64,000 nt of DNA from an uncultured virus (IMG/VR IMGVR_UViG_3300035187_003505) (lineage: Duplodnaviria; Heunggongvirae; Uroviricota; Caudoviricetes): the IMG/VR virus record IMGVR_UViG_3300035187_003505, one strand, 5' to 3'. The notes beneath the pieces were generated by a model, which saw only the letters and a list, made by a program, of their open reading frames with translations, did not search any database and was not told where the DNA came from. Positions 56,718-64,000 of the stretch are shown in pieces; position 1 is the first letter of the stretch; every line of letters begins with the position of its first letter. The position numbers and the translations under genes are program-made.

Positions 56718-57989
56718 ATGCCAGGTACTCCCGCTGATCTTGTAAGTCGTAGTCTACTGGTAGGTAGAACTGGACTATCGCTTACTTACACTAACGACAG
56801 CTCTCTAAATAGCAGAAATCTTGTAATACCAAGAAATCCTTCTGATGGGTTAATAGTCTCAAGAGCATACCCACTAAGCTCCAGAGTGCTTACTCTAGAA
56901 AGAATCGCACACATAGGGCGATTTACAAGTAAAACCCAAAAACATACTTCTCGTGACCTTGTTATAGATAGAGTCGTACTCGGGGGGACCTTGTCCGGGA
57001 CTTTACTCTACCCTTCTGCGATTCCCACACAAGTACAGTTCAAACCACCTAAATACCCTGTAACTGAACACCCAACGCAGTCAGGTGAGGTAGAAGTACA
57101 GTTATGGTCAGATTCAAATACTAATGCTACGCTAACTCTTGACTATACAAATTTATCAGACACAGTAGCTGAACAGATTTTAGCTCTATGGGATGCTTTA
57201 TATGGTACATATAAATCGCTGCGTATTCCTATAGCTACGTTAGCTGGAGTAAACCAGCAGCTAGCTGTATATATGTTAACTGGAGGTAAAAATTCACAAT
57301 GGTTCTTTGCTGAAGTCCCTAAGTGGGTAGGTAAGATTAAAGGGTACGGTGATCTTAACGTTATACTGGTCTCACAGCCTGTTATGCTAGCTAGCGCTGT
57401 AGGAGGTAATTTTCCATTTATACCTATAACCTCTATAGACGGCGACTTAACATCAGATTACATAAGTTGCGATCATACAGAACAATCACCGGATTTAACC
57501 GATTTCACCTACGTTCGGTGGGCGGGAACGCAGTGGTCGGAGCGGGGCCGTGGCTTCTCAGGTGGGGCGCAGCTAAACCCGCGCCCAGATCCTAACGGCC
57601 CACCGAACATCGTATCGGGTTGGCTGCCGTTGCGTAACACGGAAGGCCAGCTAATTACATATGGTATTGGAGGGATTGAGTTACAGGGATGGTATAACGC
57701 TGTAGGCTACCTGGGCTCTTGGTATTCAAATATAGACGTTTATATACCTTCGTACCCCACTGCAGGCAGCGCCGTTGGCGGAGATTTGGGTGTGTTCAAT
57801 CTTTACAGAACACTATCAACGTCGACGCAACCTTTTCAGTCCAACGAGACCAATGGTGGATATGGTTTTTCACGATACGCTCCCGACACATCAAACTTCG
57901 CCGAGTCCAGAGGCCGATGGGAATTTGCCGACAGCAACTATAGTATATTATCGACATGGGAGGGCTACTCCAAATTGCGCCCAGTGTAG
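56718..57989 (+). CDS. tail protein with distal-tail-like domain
   Basis: F.P..Y.V...LTL.YTN.S.....I...WD..Y domain shared with 58045..59175. Confidence 0.7.
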   Translation: MPGTPADLVSRSLLVGRTGLSLTYTNDSSLNSRNLVIPRNPSDGLIVSRAYPLSSRVLTLERIAHIGRFTSKTQKHTSRDLVIDRVVLGGTLSGTLLYPSAIPTQVQFKPPKYPVTEHPTQSGEVEVQLWSDSNTNATLTLDYTNLSDTVAEQILALWDALYGTYKSLRIPIATLAGVNQQLAVYMLTGGKNSQWFFAEVPKWVGKIKGYGDLNVILVSQPVMLASAVGGNFPFIPITSIDGDLTSDYISCDHTEQSPDLTDFTYVRWAGTQWSERGRGFSGGAQLNPRPDPNGPPNIVSGWLPLRNTEGQLITYGIGGIELQGWYNAVGYLGSWYSNIDVYIPSYPTAGSAVGGDLGVFNLYRTLSTSTQPFQSNETNGGYGFSRYAPDTSNFAESRGRWEFADSNYSILSTWEGYSKLRPV

Positions 57990-58044
57990 TGTGTCCACCT
58001 ATCTATATTACCTAAACTCCCACACCACCACCTAATTAAATAAT

Positions 58045-59175
58045 ATGACAATCGAATTTCCAGCATTAAAACCATCAAGTTATAGCTTTACCCCAGCCGT
58101 TTACAATGTTACTGCCCCTAAATTCCTTAATTCCACCTTCTCCCCTCGCTTAAATTCGTCTAAACCTAATGCTGCTGTTTTGACATTAAACTACACAAAC
58201 ATATCAGCCGCCAAAATACTGTCTATCTTCTCCGCCTGGGACTCTTCATACTCTGGATTCTTTCCCCTGGCACTGCCCCCCGAGATCGTAGCTGGCATTA
58301 AATCTACGGATTTTGCAGGGCGGATAGTTGGACCTAAATCAACAGGTTGGCGTTTTTTAGCAGAACCTAAATTAAATAATTTAATAGCTGGAGTAGGTAG
58401 CATATCAGTAGAATTAGAAGGAGAATTTTACCAAATAAACAACAGCAGCACAGCTTTATTAAATACACCCGCATTACTTACTTCGCGCTCCCTTGCACTA
58501 GCTAGAATATCCCATGAAGGCGTATTTGTAGATAATCCCACACCGAACACAATGGTGTTTACGTCTAATAATCCTAATTTAAGGTATGTACCAGTGCCTA
58601 ACAGCAGCGCTAACACAAGAGCTATACAATTAAACAATACTGGATCGGCAATGAATACCGGAGGGACACCTAACTTAAGAAATTGTATCTACACCGGATT
58701 AGTGTGTGATGCCCCTTTGGTATCCTGGCAGCCAGTAGGGCAAGAAGTAGTTGGAAATATAAATGAAAGTGCTTTTAATGACAACAATCCAATTGCGACT
58801 AACGCTATAAATTCTCAACGATTTGATTATTATTTCGGTACTGGTAATTCTGCAGGGGCTAATACTATAATATGGACAAACACACTCAATTTAATATTTG
58901 GTGCTTTCTATCTTGTAGGTCCTTACCCTATCTGCGGATCAGCCAACACTGTTAATTTACTTAGTGTCAATAACACCGCTTCCGCGCAATCAATAAGTAC
59001 ATCACCCTCGGGCCTAGCAGGTAGCCAAAACTCTATAAATAGTTCTACATATAATATAGTATTTGGGGCTTCAGGTATAACCGGTACACTACAATTCTAC
59101 GCTTCTACAATTACCCAACAATCTCCTTATTACAGTCTAAATAGTGGGACTATTACTATAACAGTTAATATATAG
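58045..59175 (+). CDS. tail protein with distal-tail-like domain and Asn/Thr-rich C-domain
   Basis: FP.LKPS..SF.P, W.F..EP pattern. Confidence 0.7.
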   Translation: MTIEFPALKPSSYSFTPAVYNVTAPKFLNSTFSPRLNSSKPNAAVLTLNYTNISAAKILSIFSAWDSSYSGFFPLALPPEIVAGIKSTDFAGRIVGPKSTGWRFLAEPKLNNLIAGVGSISVELEGEFYQINNSSTALLNTPALLTSRSLALARISHEGVFVDNPTPNTMVFTSNNPNLRYVPVPNSSANTRAIQLNNTGSAMNTGGTPNLRNCIYTGLVCDAPLVSWQPVGQEVVGNINESAFNDNNPIATNAINSQRFDYYFGTGNSAGANTIIWTNTLNLIFGAFYLVGPYPICGSANTVNLLSVNNTASAQSISTSPSGLAGSQNSINSSTYNIVFGASGITGTLQFYASTITQQSPYYSLNSGTITITVNI

Positions 59176-59234
59176 TATTATTTAAGCCTCTACGCTATGC
59201 TATCACTACACCAGTCCATCGTGCATCCACTATT

Positions 59235-59663
59235 ATGACAACCGCTCCCCAGTATTTCTTCAATTCCTACATAGCCGATCTTCACAATGGTGTTCATAAC
59301 ATCGGCTCTAATACACTAAAACTGGCCCTCTCCAACACGCTCCCTGTTGCTACAATAACCGACCTCGGGGGGATCACTCAGATAACTGCCGGGGGAGGCT
59401 ACACTTTAGGAGGGTTTACCCTTACAGTAGCCTCCTCGACACAGAGTTCTGGTGTCTATAAAGCCCTGATCAACGATCTTACATTCTCCCCAACTGGCAC
59501 CGTCAATACTTTCCAATATCCTGTCCTATACAACTCTTCAGTAGGCAACAAAGTCATCTGCTGGTGGGATTACGGCGTAGCCCAAAATCTAGTCTCCGGG
59601 GACACCTTCCTATTTGACTTCGACGGTACACTTGGTGGGCTTAGGGCCAGTTTCGCCGCATGA
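59235..59663 (+). CDS. structural protein
   Basis: LKLAL.N..P, GYT.GG, Y.VLYN, DYG....L..G.TF pattern. Confidence 0.7.
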   Translation: MTTAPQYFFNSYIADLHNGVHNIGSNTLKLALSNTLPVATITDLGGITQITAGGGYTLGGFTLTVASSTQSSGVYKALINDLTFSPTGTVNTFQYPVLYNSSVGNKVICWWDYGVAQNLVSGDTFLFDFDGTLGGLRASFAA

Positions 59664-60058
59664 TTCTTACTAGCACCACCGCAGGTCTATACTTTAATAA
59701 CGTGCGGGTCGGCAGAGTCAAAAATATCGACTTAGATATAAGTCGAGAAGCCATGCGTACAACTACTATTGATCTTTTTGATCATACATATATTGCTGGG
59801 TTACGTGATACTAAGGCTTCAGCTTTATTATTTTACGATCCTCAAGATCCTACAGTAGTCAGCATCCTTGACACTATATATACAGATACCCCAGAAATTT
59901 TACCAAACTTCAAATTTGTATGGGACACCAACACGAATAGATCATTAACATCATATGCAGTTATCACTAATATTGGATTGTCAGCTACTTATGGGGAAGC
60001 TCAAGTGTGTAAACTCTCAGTTCAATTATCTGGTAAACCTACTGCTAAATCATTCTAA
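59660..60058 (+). CDS. tail tube-like protein
   Basis: TT......TY..GLR...AS..L.YD pattern. Confidence 0.65.
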   Translation: MILTSTTAGLYFNNVRVGRVKNIDLDISREAMRTTTIDLFDHTYIAGLRDTKASALLFYDPQDPTVVSILDTIYTDTPEILPNFKFVWDTNTNRSLTSYAVITNIGLSATYGEAQVCKLSVQLSGKPTAKSF

Positions 60059-60918
60059 TGTCACTTATCGGCAAAGACGGTATTATTCAACTAGCCCGAG
60101 CCTACCCAGATCCCATAGTGCTCCCCCCGAGTGCGCTAGACATTGCTAATAGCCAATTTACTATTAACTCTACAGCATTTTGGCCTGGAGATGAAGTTAT
60201 ACTTATACACTCTGGCGGTACTAAAACTGGATTTGTTTGGCGAGACGCTCTGGACAGAATAACAATCCATACTACGGCAGTAGGGGCTCAAGACAATAGC
60301 CCCTCTACTAAAATTAGTTTATCTACTGTACCATCTGCAATTACTATCCTGTGCTTAAAAGGTAGCACTGATGCTACTGCAATTCTAACTTCATTCTACA
60401 CTACACTAACTACAATAATTACAGAGACTTCACTATTAGCATATCCAGCAGTTAATAGCAACTATACGGTAGCTAATTCAGGATCCCCTCTATGGGCTAT
60501 TCAAGGACACATAAAAAAGTGGAATCTCAAGCTCGGGGGGAACACTACTGATACTGGATCCTTAGGAGAGCGTTTTGGAGATTCCATAAAAACCACAATA
60601 TCTGGCTCCGGTACTTTCGATTTTATGGTAGATTTTCTAGAAAATTCTAATGGCACAAACGACATAGACATTATACTCCGTATGGCTTTAATGGTGGAGA
60701 ACGAGGCTAAAGCTCAGACTAAACTATATCTAAAAAAACGTACAGAAGCACGAGTTAGATCTGTAGACGGTAATAACATAGTGTACTTACCAGGATCTGT
60801 GTATTACCAAAGCTCTATACTTCTTATAGACACAAGCCTAGATACCAACCCAGATGACTTTATCACCGGTTCCGCTAGTTTTGTCACAACTGGGCCGGTT
60901 AGGTTGTTCAGAGATTAG
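60058..60918 (+). CDS. tail protein with tube-like C-domain
   Basis: W.L......DT.SLGE.F......ISGSG.FD...FVTTGPV.L. Confidence 0.7.
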   Translation: MSLIGKDGIIQLARAYPDPIVLPPSALDIANSQFTINSTAFWPGDEVILIHSGGTKTGFVWRDALDRITIHTTAVGAQDNSPSTKISLSTVPSAITILCLKGSTDATAILTSFYTTLTTIITETSLLAYPAVNSNYTVANSGSPLWAIQGHIKKWNLKLGGNTTDTGSLGERFGDSIKTTISGSGTFDFMVDFLENSNGTNDIDIILRMALMVENEAKAQTKLYLKKRTEARVRSVDGNNIVYLPGSVYYQSSILLIDTSLDTNPDDFITGSASFVTTGPVRLFRD

Positions 60919-60972
60919 CCCCTTATGCGGCCTCCCTCGCTCAGTTAATCTGTATAGTGGACCCGATGCCTC

Positions 60973-61368
60973 ATGCCCGTGATCGAAATAGCCGTGGCCA
61001 CCATTGGCGGAATTTTCCTGTTACTGGGTAAACGTGTAGATAATCACATGAAACGTAGAGAAAAAATAGCGGACGCAGATAGTAAAGCAAAAGCTATTGA
61101 ACGCAGAGAAGAACAGACCTTTAGACGAACCATCGAGGTAAAACACACAAGGCTATTTGAAGCATTTATTGAAGAACAGAGAAAAGCTGCTGCGGCTTTT
61201 GAGGGCATTCATAGCAGTGTCTCGCGTATAGGTGACGAGATTAAAGAAATGAAAGATGAAAATAGAGACTATAGGAACAATATATTTAGTAGAATAGAAG
61301 ATTTAGAGAAAAAAACTTCTTTGCACGATGGGTTACTAGCTAAAGGTTCCTACAAGAGTGATCAATAA
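60973..61368 (+). CDS. membrane-anchored coiled-coil protein (holin-like)
   Basis: N-terminal hydrophobic helix plus coiled coil, last gene of the late block. Confidence 0.6.
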   Translation: MPVIEIAVATIGGIFLLLGKRVDNHMKRREKIADADSKAKAIERREEQTFRRTIEVKHTRLFEAFIEEQRKAAAAFEGIHSSVSRIGDEIKEMKDENRDYRNNIFSRIEDLEKKTSLHDGLLAKGSYKSDQ

Positions 61369-62081
61369 ACCCCTTCCTTTGAAGGAGTGCGCCCAGCACC
61401 GGGCACGAAGTGACCACCAGTCAGAATTGACAAACCGATGAATCCTGCTGTAGGCCCAGCACCGAGTTCGCCAGTCCATCTGGTACGAATCCAGTGGTAA
61501 AACTCATAAAAGCCGGCACCATTTGTAGGATACATGTCTATCCTACTAGGATGCACCAAGCTTACACCAATAGATCCACCCCAAGCAGCTCTTATGGTTT
61601 CGTAAAGATTCACCATCCGCATAATTGCGCCCTCTTCCCAAGAGCCGTTTATTGGCCTTTCTTCTGTATTCCATTGTACTACCTCCCCTACTGTTAGATT
61701 AGGAGACACTCTGCACATAAAGTTAGTCCAGTCGATAGTAATACCTGGCTCAAACGGTAATGCTCCTGGAAAAGTCCGCCTCCAGGCTGAAGATCTGATC
61801 ACGCGACTACCCCCGTACCCCCCGAGTACGACATTCTGTTCTCCGTGCTTCACGACATTGCCTACTTTAACCACATCATAACACTCTCCCGTTTCTACTA
61901 ATGCAGTTTTATCCGTAAGCCCTTCCTCCTCAGGATCCGCCATCTCCATCAACAATGTTGGATGCAGCGCAATTATAGTAAACAGCACCGCAGGCTTAAC
62001 AGTTTCTTGCACCACAGGTACTTTCTTATCCATCTTTTGTACAGCCTTGTCTCCAGGAGTCGAAGCGTTCTGGGCAGCCAT
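61362..62081 (-). CDS. degenerate peptidase M15-like protein
   Basis: RVSPNLTVGEV...IRAAWGG.IGV...DMYP...W.GELG.G...GF; expected Zn-ligand His residues not visible. Confidence 0.6.
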   Translation of the reverse strand: MAAQNASTPGDKAVQKMDKKVPVVQETVKPAVLFTIIALHPTLLMEMADPEEEGLTDKTALVETGECYDVVKVGNVVKHGEQNVVLGGYGGSRVIRSSAWRRTFPGALPFEPGITIDWTNFMCRVSPNLTVGEVVQWNTEERPINGSWEEGAIMRMVNLYETIRAAWGGSIGVSLVHPSRIDMYPTNGAGFYEFYHWIRTRWTGELGAGPTAGFIGLSILTGGHFVPGAGRTPSKEGVY

Positions 62082-62107
62082 AGTAAACCGTTGATGTGAC
62101 TTACACT

Positions 62108-62137
62108 ATTCTATCTTATCTCGCGTGCATCTGTCAA
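62108..62137 (-). promoter_or_regulatory. sigma70-type promoter for 62081..61362
   Basis: TTGACA (62137-62132)-18 nt-TAGAAT (62113-62108) on minus strand. Confidence 0.7.
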
Positions 62138-62142
62138 CAGAC

Positions 62143-62177
62143 AAAAAAAAAGCCTAGGGCTTTTACGTCCCTAGGCT
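62143..62177 (-). terminator. intrinsic terminator after cyAbrB gene
   Basis: AGCCTAGGG..CCCTAGGCT stem then T run on minus strand. Confidence 0.8.
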
Positions 62178-62224
62178 CATCACTTAGAAAAAAGGGCAGC
62201 TCACGACTGCCCGATATTACCGAA

Positions 62225-62689
62225 TTAGATTTCGGCGGCTTCCCCTCCAGCCGCCTCAGTAGCCTCAGTAGCCTCCGGCGCTTCGGCAACAGCCTTCGGC
62301 TTCTTCTCGTACACCTTGAACGGCAACGGACTGCCCTCCACCCGCTGTGCCACATCAAGGACAAGCTGCCCAGAAGCGGGATCGACAGTAATACTCAGAG
62401 TGTCGCCAGGGCCGATACCGGCCTGTTTGGAGTAGATCGCACCAATCAGCACCGAGCCATTTTTATGGACAGTTGTCTCATTGGCAGCAGCACGACCTCG
62501 GGTCTCAGAATCGAACTTCACACCTTTGGCTTCAAGCACAGCGTCGGTGAACCGACCAAGATCAGCGACAATATCGCCTTTACGGGTCTTGCGTTCGTAA
62601 CCGGCCATGCGAGCCAGCACCGAGCGGTTCTTGATGTCAGGGTTGTCCTTGACCAGGGCCAGGAGGTCACGGCCAGTAAGAAGAGTCAC
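62225..62689 (-). CDS. cyanobacterial AbrB-like transcriptional regulator
   Basis: LTG.DLL..VK, LAR..GY, F..A.LEAKG, GR......VHKNG..LIG..Y....G..PGD. Confidence 0.88.
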   Translation of the reverse strand: MTLLTGRDLLALVKDNPDIKNRSVLARMAGYERKTRKGDIVADLGRFTDAVLEAKGVKFDSETRGRAAANETTVHKNGSVLIGAIYSKQAGIGPGDTLSITVDPASGQLVLDVAQRVEGSPLPFKVYEKKPKAVAEAPEATEATEAAGGEAAEI

Positions 62690-62763
62690 AGAGTTGAATT
62701 GGTTCAGACCTTAGTATTGTACGCCCTGGTGGGCCTTAACACAACCCCTGGAAGACGCAAAAC

Positions 62764-62976
62764 TCAACTTGCTGTCAGCAGATCCTGGATGAACTGGTCA
62801 CCAGCGACCGCAACCCCGTCAGCAGCGAAGAGCGTAATGTGCTGCAGCCGGCGCCTCAAGCTCTGTTTAGTGACCTCCAGCGCGATACCCGCCTCCACCC
62901 AGGAGCTTTCTGACTGAGCTTCCCCGAGGGCGCAAGCTATTTCACGACGTAGCTGAGAGTTTTGGCTGGAGGCCAC
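62764..62976 (-). CDS. hypothetical protein
   Basis: Fills the gap between polymerase and cyAbrB genes. Confidence 0.5.
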   Translation of the reverse strand: MASSQNSQLRREIACALGEAQSESSWVEAGIALEVTKQSLRRRLQHITLFAADGVAVAGDQFIQDLLTAS

Positions 62977-63026
62977 TGCAGTAGTGCGGCTATTACCACT
63001 CTATCACCAATTACCACACTTTGTCA

Positions 63027-64000
63027 CTATTTGGCATCCGCCCATGTGCTTCCGACTCCAACCTCAGCCAAGATTGGGACACGCTTACAAACGACAGCTC
63101 CGGCAGCCTCCATGGTGGATTTCAGCCTGTGCCGCCACTCATCGACCAGTTCATCCCTCACCTCCATAATCAATTCGTCATGGACTTGACTGAGTAAGCG
63201 AGCGTCTAAGTCAGAGGTTATTGCTAAAGTCTCCCAAAGCATAGCCATAGAGATCTTGCAGATGTCGCCAGCAGTGCCTTGAACAGGAGTATTCACTCTA
63301 GTTGTGTATTTGTCGTTAAAACCTATAAGAACACGCCTGCGGCCATACCTAGTAAATACGGCTTTTGAAGTACCTTGACCTTGCTCTTGCTGCCACTCAT
63401 ACAATCTGGGATAAGCTCTACGGAAACCAGTCACAATCTCTTCACATTCCGTCATAGCATATAAGATGCCATATTGTGCTAACGCTTGGCGCTGGAAAGT
63501 CTTAGCTCCAGCTCCATACAACAACCCAAAATTAGCAATTTTAGCTGAAGTCCTCATCTCTTTAGTGACATCCTCTAAAGCCACCTGTGCTATTAGAGAA
63601 GCAGTCTCAGTATGTAAATCTCTACCATCGGCATACGCCTGTAACATGCGTTCGTCACCACTAAGCTCCGCTGCTACCCGCAGTTCTATCTGACTAAAAT
63701 CTGCGCATATCAGTTGATACCCAGGTTCTGCGATAAACAGCGCACGGAACGTTTTTTCTTTAGGCACTTGCTGTAAGTTAGGCTCACTAGCACTTAACCT
63801 CCCAGTATTAGTACCCATCTGCAAATATCTGCAATGTATTCGATCCCCATGAATTTTGGCAGCTTTTAGCAAAGTCTCTACACAAGAAACACGAGTATTA
63901 GCCGTGCTCCATGTCATGTATTGATCAATCAGCGGATACTCACTACGAAGGAAAGCTAAAAGAGTCTGATCTAGAGATACTTTTCCAGGCACCGAAGGTT
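63027..64000 (-). CDS. polA: DNA polymerase family A, C-terminal part (5'-truncated by window)
   Basis: TGRLS, motif A DFSQIELR, motif B R..AK..NFGLLYG, motif C VHDE. Confidence 0.95.
   Translation of the reverse strand, partial: PSVPGKVSLDQTLLAFLRSEYPLIDQYMTWSTANTRVSCVETLLKAAKIHGDRIHCRYLQMGTNTGRLSASEPNLQQVPKEKTFRALFIAEPGYQLICADFSQIELRVAAELSGDERMLQAYADGRDLHTETASLIAQVALEDVTKEMRTSAKIANFGLLYGAGAKTFQRQALAQYGILYAMTECEEIVTGFRRAYPRLYEWQQEQGQGTSKAVFTRYGRRRVLIGFNDKYTTRVNTPVQGTAGDICKISMAMLWETLAITSDLDARLLSQVHDELIMEVRDELVDEWRHRLKSTMEAAGAVVCKRVPILAEVGVGSTWADAK

Larger units (their letters stand above)
2891..62932. repeat. dispersed motif (C)CCCCGAGNNCG, about 56 copies
   Basis: Manual count: 42 CCCCCGAG (32 plus, 10 minus) and about 14 further CCCCGAG. 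Confidence 0.9.

Noticed and set aside
62096..62917. 273-aa plus-strand ORF
   Set aside because: Antisense to the clearly recognisable cyAbrB gene and its terminator
2891..62932. Dispersed motif being just the AvaI site (CYCGRG), HIP1 or Pro-Glu codon bias
   Set aside because: Conservation extends beyond CCCGAG on both sides, restriction sites are normally avoided, the motif differs from GCGATCGC, and it occurs in all frames and on both strands
1..64000. Genome-wide TAG recoding
   Set aside because: Long structural genes have no internal TAG, and several genes (13102, 36319, 46318, 57989, 59175, 60918) end sensibly at TAG
1..64000. tRNA, rRNA, integrase, transposase, intron, intein or reverse transcriptase (DGR)
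   Set aside because: None recognised by eye; the MCP-like copy differs at all base types rather than only adenines; short RNA genes could have been missed without a covariance search

Overview
64 kb from a tailed dsDNA phage with a long non-contractile tail. The host is very probably a picocyanobacterium (Synechococcus/Cyanobium type), judged from a cyanobacterial AbrB-like regulator and cyanobacterial-type ThyX and Dcd. About 1-24 kb is a plus-strand array of small early/accessory genes (DUF932, Acb2/Tad1-like hairpin, ThyX, MazG-like, Lar-like and NrdR-like Zn ribbons). About 24-61 kb is the virion module: TerS, TerL, DUF1073-type portal, DUF2213-type protease/scaffold, decoration protein, DUF2184-type capsid, neck, tail tube, chaperone with a GGGAAAG -1 frameshift, tape measure and tail tip. 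About 61-64 kb is the end of a convergent minus-strand block (family A DNA polymerase, cyAbrB). Four observations stand out. (1) An asymmetric motif (C)CCCCGAGNNCG is scattered about every 1.1 kb across the window in all reading frames (about 56 copies counted by eye). (2) Four genes between portal and protease share a module (R-x-D, then C-G-x3-I-x5-C, then a Gly/Ala membrane helix) fused to different C-terminal domains: zincin protease, J-domain, DUF6321-like basic domain and Ser/Thr kinase. This is a candidate virion-packaged polymorphic effector system. (3) A small antisense gene carries a 35-aa near-copy of part of the phage's own major capsid protein. (4) A phased 20-bp repeat array lies between terL and portal. 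Family names come from motif recognition by eye, not from database searches, and all counts are manual.
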